Shown here: piece by piece, positions 38,638-48,883 of the stretch
How positions within the stretch are numbered: the stretch's first letter is position 1
Layout: every line of letters starts with the position of its first letter
Source: Planctomycetota bacterium
Lineage (GTDB): Bacteria; Planctomycetota; UBA1135; UBA2386
Length of the DNA: 64,000 nucleotides
Direction: 5' to 3'
Assembly: GCA_965223545.1 (NCBI GenBank)
Contig: OZ245006.1
Coordinates: forward strand, 1,600,001-1,664,000
The notes under the pieces: model-generated
What the model was told of the DNA's origin: nothing
Databases searched by the model: none
Seen by the model: the letters and a program-made list of their open reading frames with translations, nothing else
Position numbers and translations under genes: made by a program

Positions 38638-40257
38638 TCAGGTCCAGACCCTGGCGGCGATCGCCGCCAACGCCAGAACCAGTAGCGGCACGGTCCACGA
38701 GCGGCCGGCGGCGCCGAACTCCGGCAGCGGCCGGTCCTGGGGCCGCTCGGCGGCCGCCGCCAGGTCGGACTCGGCGGCGTCGAGCAGGTTGTCCTCGGAG
38801 AACTCGACCGCGGCGCGTTCGCGATAACACCGCGCCAGGGCACGCCGCACGAACTGGGGAAACGAGGGCAACAGCCAGAAGTTGGACTCGGCCAACCGAA
38901 ACGAGGCATGCACGGCCGTCGCCTCGGCCCCCTCGTCGACCACCACGAGCGGTCCGTGCTCGGCGCGCACCACCGGCACCCCGCTACCCAGGAAGTCGGT
39001 GCGCAAGCAAGCCCGCACCTCCAGCTCGGACAGGTCGAGCCCGGCGGTGAGCGGATCTCGCCGGTCCCAATCGACCAGGCGCGGGTCGGCCACCACATCG
39101 TCGGGCCCGAGCTCGCCCTGCGCCGCCCGCGTGCCGAACGTCAGCGCGCGCAGCCCCGGCGCCGGGTCGAGGAGCACCCCGCCCTCCACCAACAAGAAGG
39201 CCGCTTCCTCCGCCTCGGCGAACGGCACCACCCGCCCGCCGGTCTCGCGCGCGAGCTCGTGCGCGGCGGCCTCGAGCGCGGGGCTGTCGCCGTCGACCAG
39301 CACCGCGATGTCCGGCGCGGGCGGCGCCGGTAGCTCCACCGCGACCTGGTCATCGAGTGGCAGCGCATCTTCGTGCGCGGCGAACGCCACGGTGAGACGC
39401 CCGCCGCCGGCGCGTTCCAGCTCCAGCTCGACCTCGACGGTGCCGCGCCCGGGGATCTCGGCGACCTGTTCGACCGCGACCACCGCACCGGTCGCGCTGA
39501 GGCGCACGGTCCGCCCCCGCGCACCGGAGTTGAACACCGCCACCCGCGCGACCACGTTGGGCAACGGCCACGCGTCGCGCACTGCGCACCGCACGATCGC
39601 GAGGTTGTCGGCGGGGGCGCCGACGATGGTCAGCGCGCCGCCGCGCGGTGCTGGCGTCGGTCCCAGACCGTCGGTCAGAGTCCACACCGCGATCTCCGCT
39701 CCGCCACTCTCGGCAAGGCGCGCCGCCATCCCCGCCAAGTCGACGCTGCCGGCACCCTCCGGCGGGCTCGCCAGCGCCACCTCCACCGCGCGGCGCGCGG
39801 CCGCGCGGTCGGCCGGCAGATCAACGAGGACACGAGGCTGCGCGCCGGCCAAGAGCAGACGCAGATCGACCCCTTCTGGCAACGCGGCCAGCTGGCCGAG
39901 CAGCCGTTGCCGGACGTCGTCGTACGCACTGGCCACCCCGCCGTCGGCCCGCGCCGTCATGCTCGCCGACGTGTCGACGATGGCCACCAGCGTCCGCGGC
40001 CCGGGGCGCGCTCCCCGCCGCGGCTCGCAAAACGCCAACGCCAGCGCGATGGCGGCCGCCACCGCCAGCAAGAACCGCAGCCACGGAAACCGCACGCGCC
40101 GGCGCCGCAGCCCGGCGCGGGCCCGCAGCCACTGCGCCATGTGCGCAGTGGCCACCTGCCGGCGCGGGCGGACCGGCCGCGACAACCACCACAACAAGGG
40201 CAGCACGGCGGCGAGCCACCAAAGGCGGTGTGGATGGGTCAGATCCCAGAGTTCCAT
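38638..40257 (-). CDS. BatA-domain / vWA-like membrane protein
   Basis: BatA-like N-terminus; MIDAS-like VDTSASM and TDG; SFPQFV; AESDL before a C-terminal TM. Confidence 0.8.
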   Translation of the reverse strand: MELWDLTHPHRLWWLAAVLPLLWWLSRPVRPRRQVATAHMAQWLRARAGLRRRRVRFPWLRFLLAVAAAIALALAFCEPRRGARPGPRTLVAIVDTSASMTARADGGVASAYDDVRQRLLGQLAALPEGVDLRLLLAGAQPRVLVDLPADRAAARRAVEVALASPPEGAGSVDLAGMAARLAESGGAEIAVWTLTDGLGPTPAPRGGALTIVGAPADNLAIVRCAVRDAWPLPNVVARVAVFNSGARGRTVRLSATGAVVAVEQVAEIPGRGTVEVELELERAGGGRLTVAFAAHEDALPLDDQVAVELPAPPAPDIAVLVDGDSPALEAAAHELARETGGRVVPFAEAEEAAFLLVEGGVLLDPAPGLRALTFGTRAAQGELGPDDVVADPRLVDWDRRDPLTAGLDLSELEVRACLRTDFLGSGVPVVRAEHGPLVVVDEGAEATAVHASFRLAESNFWLLPSFPQFVRRALARCYRERAAVEFSEDNLLDAAESDLAAAAERPQDRPLPEFGAAGRSWTVPLLVLALAAIAARVWT

Positions 40258-41102
40258 GGCAGCTGGAACCACGAGGCCATGCGGAAGTCACCCTCCGCCG
40301 GCACAGCGAAGCGGATCAGAGGGTATCCGGCGGCCGCGAACACCGCACTCTGATGGCGGCGCAGCGTGGCCAGCTCGCGCCGCATGGCTTCGCGCAGCGC
40401 GGCGTCCACCTCGATCGTCTCCACCACCGCGGTCTCGGGGTCGACGAAGCGCAGCCACCCGTCGTGCGGTGGATCGACGTCCTCGCGCAACTGCGGCAGC
40501 CATCCCCGGCAGCGCAGGCCGTGGCGGCGCAGCAGCGCCAGCGCGGGCGCCACCGCGTCGGGTTGCGCGAAGTCGGAGATCAGCAGCACCGTGCCCTGCC
40601 AGCCGCGCTCCAACGGCGTGCGCAGCAGCGCCAGCGGCTGCTGGTCGGCGGTCGCGACGCTCGACAAGACCTCCAGCCAGCGTGGCAGCGCGCTGGGGCC
40701 GTGCAGGGTCACCGGCTCGGCGCCGCCGGCGAAGCACACCCCATCGAGCCGCGACAGGGCGAGCCCACCCAGAATGGCGGCCAGCCGCTGCGCGGCCACC
40801 AGCCGCATCGGCTCGCCGGCGGTCATGCTGGCGGTGCAGTCGAGGCAGATGGTGATCGTCCGCCGTTCTTCCTCCTCGAGGAGCTTCATGAACAGCTCGC
40901 CGGTGCGCGCGTAGGCGTTCCAGTCGACGAAGCGCAGGTCGTCGCCGGGCGTGTAAGCGCGGTGCCCGGCAAAGGTGCCGCTCTGGCCGCGAAACCGCCG
41001 CCGGCCGCGCGCCTCGGGCTGCCGGGCGACGGTCAAGTCCGGCGCCCGGCGCAGAATTGCGGCCAGCAGGTCGCGGAATGCAGACGGAAACGGCTGGCTC
41101 AC
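40239..41102 (-). CDS. DUF58 domain protein
   Basis: GQSGTFAGHRAYTPGDDLRFVDWNAYART, LDCTASM, LISDF. Confidence 0.92.
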   Translation of the reverse strand: MSQPFPSAFRDLLAAILRRAPDLTVARQPEARGRRRFRGQSGTFAGHRAYTPGDDLRFVDWNAYARTGELFMKLLEEEERRTITICLDCTASMTAGEPMRLVAAQRLAAILGGLALSRLDGVCFAGGAEPVTLHGPSALPRWLEVLSSVATADQQPLALLRTPLERGWQGTVLLISDFAQPDAVAPALALLRRHGLRCRGWLPQLREDVDPPHDGWLRFVDPETAVVETIEVDAALREAMRRELATLRRHQSAVFAAAGYPLIRFAVPAEGDFRMASWFQLPWNSGI

Positions 41103-42097
41103 TTGCCGCTCTCTGCCAGCGCCTTGAAGTAGCGCGCCACGAACGGCCGCTCGACTTCCGGCACATGGCGGGCGCGCAGCGCGCGCTCGCGCGCGGCCTC
41201 GTAGTCCGGTGGCTCGACTGCCTCGGGCGGCGGGACCGCGCCCGCCGCCGGCGGCGGCGTCGTGCCCCCCCCGGTCTCCTCGAGCACCGCGCGGTGCGCC
41301 ACGTCGCGCCGCAACGGACCGTCGCCGATGAACTGCGGCACGACGAAGACGTCCTGCGGCGGACGGTCGAGGTGCGCCCCCGGTAGCGCCGGGGGCTCGG
41401 GAGGCGGCGCCCCCTGCGGCTCGCTCTCCTCGGGCCGAGGCGGTGGCTCGGGAGTCGACTCCGGCTCGGGCTCGGGCTCGGGCGCGTCCGGCCGCTGCTC
41501 GCCCTCGCCATCGCCGCCCTCATCCTCGGTGCCATCACCGTCTTCGGTGCCGGCATCTCCACCGCCCGAGTTGGAGGCCAAATCGGGCCCGATCGGCGCG
41601 GGGTGGCTCGGCGGGATCGGCGCCAACCAGCGCAGCAGAAGCAACAGCACCAGCACCGGCAGCAGGTAGCGCAAGGGACCGAGCCGGCGGCGGCAGAAGC
41701 GCGTGGTCTCCTGCGGCGGGACGCCGTCGAGATCGCGCTCCAGCTGCGCGCGCAACCAACCGCCGAAGGCACTGCCCCGGGCCGCGGCCGGCAGATTGGC
41801 CCAGGTCAGGAGCCGTTCGCCCAAACCCAGCGCACGGTCGGCGGCGGCGATCGACATCGAGGTCCGGCGCCAGGTCCACCACGCGGCGCACGCGATCGAG
41901 GCCACGCCCACGGCCAGTGCCCACCACCACCAGCGCGGCAGGGCGAGCTCGACGATGCACACCAGAACACCGGCGACCAAGCCCTGCGCCGCAACCACAC
42001 GGGCCACCGCCCAGGCGCGGTGCTTGCCGCCCAGCCGCGCCAGAAAGCGTGGGATCGCGCTGCCGCTCGAGGCAGCGGATGCGGAGCGCCCGCTCAT
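41099..42097 (-). CDS. Hypothetical membrane protein with acidic Pro-rich linker
   Basis: Three TM segments, ADRALGLGERLLT, C-terminal VPEVERPFVARYF typical of MoxR/vWA-cluster partners. Confidence 0.7.
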   Translation of the reverse strand: MSGRSASAASSGSAIPRFLARLGGKHRAWAVARVVAAQGLVAGVLVCIVELALPRWWWWALAVGVASIACAAWWTWRRTSMSIAAADRALGLGERLLTWANLPAAARGSAFGGWLRAQLERDLDGVPPQETTRFCRRRLGPLRYLLPVLVLLLLLRWLAPIPPSHPAPIGPDLASNSGGGDAGTEDGDGTEDEGGDGEGEQRPDAPEPEPEPESTPEPPPRPEESEPQGAPPPEPPALPGAHLDRPPQDVFVVPQFIGDGPLRRDVAHRAVLEETGGGTTPPPAAGAVPPPEAVEPPDYEAARERALRARHVPEVERPFVARYFKALAESGK

Positions 42098-42293
42098 CGG
42101 AAAAAAGGCCGGGAGACCGCGGAGAACCCGCGACCCCCGGCCCACTCAGAAGGAGGAGATTGACGAGTTTCTCGACACGCGGCGCGGCCGGCTTGAGGCG
42201 AAACCCAACAGCCGCACGGCCCTCGGGCGCGGAACTCGCCACCGCGCCGGGCGGCCGGAGGGATCCGAAATCGGGGCGCGCGGCCGCCGGCGC

Positions 42294-43625
42294 TCACGCG
42301 CCGCCGCCACCCGTGGGCGCGCCGCCGGTGTTTTCCGGCTGGGGTTCGCCACCGCCGGTGGCCGGCGCGCCGCTGCCGGTCTCGCCCGCGGGCGCCGCGC
42401 CCTCGGCGCCGCCGGTCTCGTCGGCTTGGCCGGTGCCGCCGCCCTCGCCGTTGCCGTCACCCGCGCCCTCCTCGTCGCCGCTGCCCTCGGCCGGCATCAG
42501 CGGGTCGAACAGATCGGTGGGCTCCTTCTCGTAGCCGGTCACGACCCAATCGCCGACCGCCACCAAGAACTCCTTGGTCTCGGTCTTGGGGCCGTCGAAG
42601 CGCGCGTAGTGCTCGTTCTTGTCGGGGATCTTGTCGCCGATCCACATCGTGTAGTTGGTGCCATCGGCCAACGTCGCCTGCACGCGGAACCGCGATGAGC
42701 TCTCGTCGCCCGGGACGGCCCCCTGCAGCGCCGGATCGCGCAGCCGGCCGATGTGGCTGATGTAGCGCTGCACGTTGACGTAGCCGAAGCGCGAGACGAG
42801 GCCGTTGACCTCGTCCTGCCGCACCGCGCCGTAGCCATCCGGCGTGGTCTCCGCGACCCAGTCGCGCGCCACGTTGTCGGCCTCGCCCTCGGCCTGCGCG
42901 GGCCGCGTGAACGACACCTCGCCCTTGGGGTTCGTCATCGAGAACTTGGTGACCTGATCGGTCTGGAACTGCTGGATCTTGGTCTCGATCCAGTCCTCCG
43001 GCTTGAGCGTCAGGTTCCAGTAGCTGGCCGCGGGCTCGTACAGCACCACGTCCTTGCGGTCCTCCTTGCGGACGAAGAAGCCCTTGACGACGTCCTGGGT
43101 GTACTTGCCACCGCTGGCGTCGTTGCCCAGGTAGAGCTCGGCGACGTTCACCCGGTCGGCGTTCTGACACAGGATCCGGATACCGGTCTCGCTGGTGAGT
43201 CCGCGCCGAGCCAGCATTTCGTCGTCGGCGTCGGTAGCGACCAGCACGCGCTCGTCGCGGCGCATCGCCTCGATGTGCTCGAGGATGTCGTCGGCGACCT
43301 TGTTCTCGCGCACCGGCACGCCGAGGAAGTCGGTCAGCATCTCGGCCTGGCCGATCACCCACCCCTCTTTCGAGCGCATCAGGGTCAGCTCTTGCCGGCC
43401 CGCGGCGTCTTCCGGGGCGGCACCCGGCACGGTGGGAGCCGCGCCGTCCTCGGAGTCGGCGGCCTTCTGCAACACGACCGCGTGCACCGTGTCCGGCCGG
43501 AAGCCGGGGAACAGACGCGGGGTCTTGTCGAACTCGGTGAAGTCGCCGCCTTCGTTAGCCAGCGTCAACACCGTGGGAACGGCCAGCCCTGCGGCCAGCA
43601 CGGCGAGAATGGCGTTGGTCTGCAT
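42294..43625 (-). CDS. DUF4340-like protein
   Basis: N-terminal TM; position after GldG-like gene; repeated W...V..l...l..GL pattern; acidic tail. Confidence 0.72.
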   Translation of the reverse strand: MQTNAILAVLAAGLAVPTVLTLANEGGDFTEFDKTPRLFPGFRPDTVHAVVLQKAADSEDGAAPTVPGAAPEDAAGRQELTLMRSKEGWVIGQAEMLTDFLGVPVRENKVADDILEHIEAMRRDERVLVATDADDEMLARRGLTSETGIRILCQNADRVNVAELYLGNDASGGKYTQDVVKGFFVRKEDRKDVVLYEPAASYWNLTLKPEDWIETKIQQFQTDQVTKFSMTNPKGEVSFTRPAQAEGEADNVARDWVAETTPDGYGAVRQDEVNGLVSRFGYVNVQRYISHIGRLRDPALQGAVPGDESSSRFRVQATLADGTNYTMWIGDKIPDKNEHYARFDGPKTETKEFLVAVGDWVVTGYEKEPTDLFDPLMPAEGSGDEEGAGDGNGEGGGTGQADETGGAEGAAPAGETGSGAPATGGGEPQPENTGGAPTGGGGA

Positions 43626-43633
43626 CGTTTGAC

Positions 43634-45949
43634 TCAGCTCTGCACGGAGGCCAGGAAGGACTGCTTGGCCGCGCGGCGGCGCACCGCCATCAGCGCCCAC
43701 AGCGCCATGATCGCGAGGAACGGGCCGACCACGTTGAGCCACTTCCAACGCTCGGCGGTGGCCTCTGCTTCTTCACGCACCTGGAACGCGTCGCCGTCGA
43801 TCGAAGCCTCGGCGAAGCGCAGGGTGCGGTCGGCGCCCTTCTTGTTGCGCAGCGCGAGCAGGTCCTTGTCCTCGGCCAAGTTGTCGATCAAGTTGCCGAC
43901 GAAGGCCGCGCCGTAGAGGCTGACGGGACCGCCCTGCTGGCTGTACTCACCGCCCAAGAAGTCGTCGCGGACGAAATCCGAGTCGCCGATGACGACGATC
44001 CGCCCGGGCTGCGTCGAGGCGAGGACCGGATCGGGATCGGCCTCTTCCTCGGCCTCGGCCGGCGCCGGCGGTGCCGGCGGACCGACGACTTCGGCGCCTT
44101 CCTCGGTCTCCGGGTCTTGGGCCTCGCCCTCCGCGGGCTCGGGATCCTGGGCCCCTTCCTCGGTGGCCTGCTCGCCCGCGCCCTCCTCGGAAGCAGCCGG
44201 CTCCTGGCTGGTCGGCTCCGGGTTCTGCGCACCGGTGCCCGGCGACTGCGGGGTCACCGGGTCCTGCGCCGCACCGCCATCGCCGCCGTTGCCCCCGGGC
44301 AAGCCACCCGGCAAGCCCTGGATCGGCGAGTTCAGCGGGTTGGGCAGACCGGGCGGCGCGGGCGTCGCGGCCTGATCCTCGGTCCGCCGCGGCGGGATGT
44401 CCTTGCCGTCGAAGAACGACGTGAAGTTGCCGGCCACCTCGACCATCAGACCGAACTGCTGGCGCGGCTCGCTGAGCACCTTCTGGTTGATCTTCTGCGC
44501 GAAAGTGGTTGCCGCGTCCATCTGGTCGCGCACGTTGCCCATCGAGTAGCCGAACGGATTGAGGTCCATGGGCGGATCCTCGATGAACGACACCGGCGAG
44601 CTGCGCAGCAACACGGTGCCCTCGACCCCGTCGGGCAGCGGGTCGACCAAGTCGACCGGGCAGGGCCAGAACATGCCGGGACCGCGCCCCATGGCGTTGG
44701 AGATCTCGTCCTCGGCGGCGATGCCGGGCTGGAACTCGGTGCGGAACCGTTCGACCAGGTCGCGCACGTCACCGTCGCTACCCGGGTTGAGCACGAACTC
44801 CTCGGCGCGCGCGGCGTAGTCGAGCTGCTTGGGGTGGACCGCGTGGAACCAATAGGGGTACGGGATCGGCCGCGGCACCCTCTGCTGGAAGATGCTCTGC
44901 ACCATGATCGACATCTGCTCATAACCACCCTGCGATTGCTGGGCGGGGAGCAGCGCGTCGCCGACGACCTTGTCCTGCACGCGGACGCCGTAGTGCGCGA
45001 GCTGGTCGAGGAACTGCAGCTCGGAGCCGGTGGCGTCGTAGTTGATCTTGCGGCCGCGCATCATGCGCATCTGGCCGATCTCGTACTCGTTGGTGTCGGC
45101 GAACACGACCAGCGTGCCGCCGCGCATCACGAACTGATCGATGGCGTACTTCTGCCGGTCGGTGAGGTTCTTGGGCCGCACCAACAGCAGCGTGGTCACG
45201 TTGTCCTCGATCAGCTGGCCCTGGCTGAGGTCGACGTTCTGCACCTCGTAGCGGCCCTTGATGCCCTCGATCTCGCGCAGCTGGTTGAAGCCCTTGGGCT
45301 GGCTCGCGCCGCCCATCGGCCCGCCGCCACCGGCCTCGGTGGCGAACGCCAAGAGGCCGATCACCGGCTTGTCGAGCACCGTGATCGACTTGATCTTCGG
45401 CGTCAGCTCCGCCTCGTACTGCGCGGTCGCGAGCTTGAAGTCGAAGAACGGGATGACCTCTTGCTTGTCGGCACCGTACATCAGGCGCAGACCCTGCCAG
45501 ATCTCCTTGACCGAGAACGCCGAGTCGCCGGCGTCGGTGACCTGCGCCCGCTGCATGCCCAGCCGCTCGGCCTTCTCGCGGATCGCCGTGTCGTCCTGCG
45601 GGTCGAGCCGCTGGATCACGACCTTGCCATCGCTCAGCTGCACGTACTCGTCGAGGAAGTTCTCCAGCTGGCGGCGGGCTTCGCGGTAGATCGTCGGCAG
45701 CCGCGACTCCTTGCTGAAGTAGGCCTCGATCAAGAGCCGGTCTTCGAGCCCGTCGAGGACCCGGCGGGTCGAATCGGTCAGGGTGTAGAGCCGGTCGCTG
45801 GTCATGTCGACGCGCGTGCGATAACGGCTCGCCAAGAAGACGACCTGGCCGACGACCAACAGCAACAGGATGACGCGCAGGGTCACGTCGCCGACGAAGC
45901 CGGCCTGCGCTGCCGCGCGCTCCGTCCGATGCATCGAGAGTCGGTTCAT
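43634..45949 (-). CDS. GldG-like ABC transporter auxiliary component
   Basis: RVDMTSDRLYTLTDST, IEAYFS, AIDQFVMRGG, RIVVIGDSDF, LLALRNK. Confidence 0.88.
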   Translation of the reverse strand: MNRLSMHRTERAAAQAGFVGDVTLRVILLLLVVGQVVFLASRYRTRVDMTSDRLYTLTDSTRRVLDGLEDRLLIEAYFSKESRLPTIYREARRQLENFLDEYVQLSDGKVVIQRLDPQDDTAIREKAERLGMQRAQVTDAGDSAFSVKEIWQGLRLMYGADKQEVIPFFDFKLATAQYEAELTPKIKSITVLDKPVIGLLAFATEAGGGGPMGGASQPKGFNQLREIEGIKGRYEVQNVDLSQGQLIEDNVTTLLLVRPKNLTDRQKYAIDQFVMRGGTLVVFADTNEYEIGQMRMMRGRKINYDATGSELQFLDQLAHYGVRVQDKVVGDALLPAQQSQGGYEQMSIMVQSIFQQRVPRPIPYPYWFHAVHPKQLDYAARAEEFVLNPGSDGDVRDLVERFRTEFQPGIAAEDEISNAMGRGPGMFWPCPVDLVDPLPDGVEGTVLLRSSPVSFIEDPPMDLNPFGYSMGNVRDQMDAATTFAQKINQKVLSEPRQQFGLMVEVAGNFTSFFDGKDIPPRRTEDQAATPAPPGLPNPLNSPIQGLPGGLPGGNGGDGGAAQDPVTPQSPGTGAQNPEPTSQEPAASEEGAGEQATEEGAQDPEPAEGEAQDPETEEGAEVVGPPAPPAPAEAEEEADPDPVLASTQPGRIVVIGDSDFVRDDFLGGEYSQQGGPVSLYGAAFVGNLIDNLAEDKDLLALRNKKGADRTLRFAEASIDGDAFQVREEAEATAERWKWLNVVGPFLAIMALWALMAVRRRAAKQSFLASVQS

Positions 45950-45954
45950 GGCGA

Positions 45955-46689
45955 TCACCCCTTCATCCGGCGGCCCTGCAGGACCAGCGCATTGAGGTAG
46001 AGGAAGAACCCGCAGAAGCACAGGTAGAACACGAAGTCGCGGGTGTCGAGCACGCCGCGGGCGATGCTCTGGAAGTACTGGTAGGGCGAGATCGCGGCGA
46101 GGATCTGCACCACGAACTCGGGCAGCACGCCGACGAGACCGGCCTGCACGAACGGCGAGCCCAACAGGAACAGCGCCAGCAGCGACACCAGCGCCAGCAG
46201 CAGCGCGATGATCTGGTCGCGGGTGATCGCCGAGCAGAACATGCCGACCGCGATGTAGGCGCCGGCCATCAGGAAGCTGGCGAGGTAGGCGCAGATCACC
46301 GGGCCCCAGTCGAGGTCACCGAACATCGACAGCGTCAGCGGCACCCCGAGCGTGAGCAGCATGACCAGGCCGAGGTAGACCAGCGAGGCGAAGAACTTGC
46401 CCAGGATCAGCTGCGGCACGGTGACCGGGAAGGTCATCAGCAGCTCCAGCGTGCCGAGCTTGCGCTCCTCGGCCCACAGCCGCATGGTCAGCGCCGGCAG
46501 GAAGAACAAGAAGACGATCGGCAGCAGGCCGAAGAAGGCCTGCATGTTGGCCTGCTGATCGGGCTGCAGCATCTGGTCCATGCTCAGGTAGCACAGCACC
46601 AGCAAGAACAGGCCGCCGAACACGTAGGCGATCGGCGACACGAAGTAGCTGCGCAGCTCGCGGCGCGCGACGATGGCGATCTCACGCAT
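45955..46689 (-). CDS. GldF-like ABC-2 permease
   Basis: RELRSYFVSPIAY, PALTMRLWAEERKLGTLELLMT, ILGKF, RGVLDTRD. Confidence 0.92.
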   Translation of the reverse strand: MREIAIVARRELRSYFVSPIAYVFGGLFLLVLCYLSMDQMLQPDQQANMQAFFGLLPIVFLFFLPALTMRLWAEERKLGTLELLMTFPVTVPQLILGKFFASLVYLGLVMLLTLGVPLTLSMFGDLDWGPVICAYLASFLMAGAYIAVGMFCSAITRDQIIALLLALVSLLALFLLGSPFVQAGLVGVLPEFVVQILAAISPYQYFQSIARGVLDTRDFVFYLCFCGFFLYLNALVLQGRRMKG

Positions 46690-47635
46690 GGCCGGCCTCC
46701 GCGGGCTTCTGGGTCAGATCGCGGAACACGTCCTCCAAGGTCGCGGTGTCCCGCGCCAGATGAGTCAGGCCCCAGCCGTTCTTCGCGACCAGCTCGGCGA
46801 GTGCCTCCTCGGCCGCGTTGCCCGCCGCCGCTCCGCAGTCGATGCGGAACAGGCCGTAGTCGCCCTCGCGGGACACCTCGGCGATCGCCTTGCCCGGAAA
46901 CAGCTCGCTCAGCTGGCTCTTGACGTTGTCGGCCGGTCCCTTGATCCGTGCCCGCAGCACGCCGGAAGGCATGCGCGACACCAGGCTGTCGTGGGTGTCG
47001 TCGGCGACGATCTCGCCCTGCGCGACGATGATGATGCGCGAGCACGACGCCTCGACCTCTTGCAGATAGTGCGTGGAGAGGATGACGGTGTGCTCCTCGC
47101 CCAGGCGGGTGATCAAGCTGCGCACCTCGACGATCTGGTTGGGGTCGAGACCCGAGGTCGGCTCGTCCAGCACCAAGACGTCGGGGTTGTGCACCATGGC
47201 CTGCGCCAGGCCGACGCGCTGCTTGTAGCCCTTGGACAGCTCCAGAATGCTCTTGCCGGTGACCCCGGTGAGGCCGCAGGTGTGCACGACCCGCTCGACC
47301 GCGCTGCCGAGCTCGCGCCCGGGCACGCCGCGGATCTCCGCCGCGAACCGCAGGTACTCCTCGACCAGCATCTCGGTGTAGAGCGGCGTCGACTCGGGCA
47401 GGTAGCCCAGGCGCCGCCGCACCTCGAGAGAGCTCTCCACGACGTCCAACCCATCGACCGTCGCCCTGCCGCCGGAAGGCAGCAGGTAGCCGGTCAGGAT
47501 CTTCATCGTGGTCGATTTGCCGGCCCCGTTGGGACCGAGAAAGCCGATCACTTCACCGCGCTTGACCTCGAAGGAGACGCCCTTCAAAGCCCGGGTGAGA
47601 CCGTAGTTCTTGGCGAGTTCCTCAACGACGATCAT
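46682..47635 (-). CDS. GldA-like ABC transporter ATP-binding protein
   Basis: Walker A GPNGAGKST, LSKGYKQRVGLA, LDEPTSGLDP, STH. Confidence 0.95.
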   Translation of the reverse strand: MIVVEELAKNYGLTRALKGVSFEVKRGEVIGFLGPNGAGKSTTMKILTGYLLPSGGRATVDGLDVVESSLEVRRRLGYLPESTPLYTEMLVEEYLRFAAEIRGVPGRELGSAVERVVHTCGLTGVTGKSILELSKGYKQRVGLAQAMVHNPDVLVLDEPTSGLDPNQIVEVRSLITRLGEEHTVILSTHYLQEVEASCSRIIIVAQGEIVADDTHDSLVSRMPSGVLRARIKGPADNVKSQLSELFPGKAIAEVSREGDYGLFRIDCGAAAGNAAEEALAELVAKNGWGLTHLARDTATLEDVFRDLTQKPAEAGHA

Positions 47636-48128
47636 GGGTCGAGTCGGAGATTGAGTCAGGTCGGAGATTAGGGGGGAAAGTGGGGCGTGCCGCGTGGCCC
47701 GATTCGCCTCACTTGCGAGAGGACCGTCGCGAACGCGCGGCGAGCGAGAAAACTCCCGGGGTCCGCGGACCTCCGGCGGCCTTCGCGCATCGGTGTCGAC
47801 GAAGAACCTGCCTCGGGCCTGGACAGCGACCGCCGCCTCCAGCGCTGCCCGCCGCGGGGCGCGGGACGGTATTCGAGGCCCAGGGCCCTGACAACTGTCG
47901 CGCTCGGAAAAACCAGCAACGCCGCGTGGCGCCGCCGGCATGGGGCGGTGCGGCGCGAAGCCGGCCCGCCACCCGGCCCGCGCCGTGGTCGGCGGCCGCG
48001 CTTGTTTCCGCCCAACGCATGGGCTATCCCCTGGCCGCGCCGCGACGGCGGGCGGGCCTCAATGTCGACGCCCCCCCGACCCGAAGACCAAAGGGAGCCA
48101 ACGACCCGGCTCTGTCCCACAAAACACC

Positions 48129-48767
48129 ATGAACAGCCCGAACGACCGGCACGAAGACCCCCGCACCGCGCGCCTCGACGACGACGAGGAGAATGGCGGC
48201 GAAGACACGCCCCGGCAGGAGAACGCGCTCGACACCCAGCTGCTCGAGGCCCGCACGCTGCTGATCAGCGGCCCGGTGTCGGACAAGATGGCGGCGCACT
48301 GCGCCACGCGGCTGATGATCATGGAGAAGAAGGACCCCGAGCAGCCGGTGACCGTCCTGATCAACTCGCCCGGGGGCAGCGCCGACTCCGGCTTTGCGAT
48401 CTACGACCTGCTGCGCTTCGTGCGACCGCCGGTGATCACCGTGGTCAACGGCCTGTGCGCCTCGGCGGCGATCCTGATCCAGCTCGCGGCCGAGAAGGGC
48501 AACCGGTTCAGCACGCCGCAGAGCCGGTTCTTGATCCACCAGCCGTCGACGGCCGGGTTCGGCACGGCTTCGGACCTGGACATCACCGCGCGCGAGGTGA
48601 TCAAGCTGCGCCACCGCTACAACGACATCATCAGCGCGCAGACCGGCCAGGACCCCGAGCGCGTGCTCGAGGACGCCAAGCGGGACTTCTGGCTGAACGC
48701 CGAAGAAGCGCTGGAGTACGGCCTCATCGAGCGCGTCGTGGTCCACCACCACGAGCTGGATTCTTAG
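48129..48767 (+). CDS. clpP: ATP-dependent Clp protease proteolytic subunit
   Basis: INSPGG, GLCASAA (Ser), IHQP (His), RDFW (Asp), EALEYGLI. Confidence 0.93.
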   Translation: MNSPNDRHEDPRTARLDDDEENGGEDTPRQENALDTQLLEARTLLISGPVSDKMAAHCATRLMIMEKKDPEQPVTVLINSPGGSADSGFAIYDLLRFVRPPVITVVNGLCASAAILIQLAAEKGNRFSTPQSRFLIHQPSTAGFGTASDLDITAREVIKLRHRYNDIISAQTGQDPERVLEDAKRDFWLNAEEALEYGLIERVVVHHHELDS

Positions 48768-48883
48768 AGCCGGCGGGCTGCGGGAAGCGGTGGCCAAGAC
48801 CGCGCGAACCAGCGGCCGAAATGCGCGTTGATCGCTGCGTGCCCCCACTTGGCCCGCGCCCCCTCGACCGCCGCACCGGCGCG

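Noticed and set aside
42294..47635. Evidence of gliding motility
   Set aside because: GldAFG-like ABC systems are widespread in non-gliding bacteria, and no other gld/spr genes are in the window
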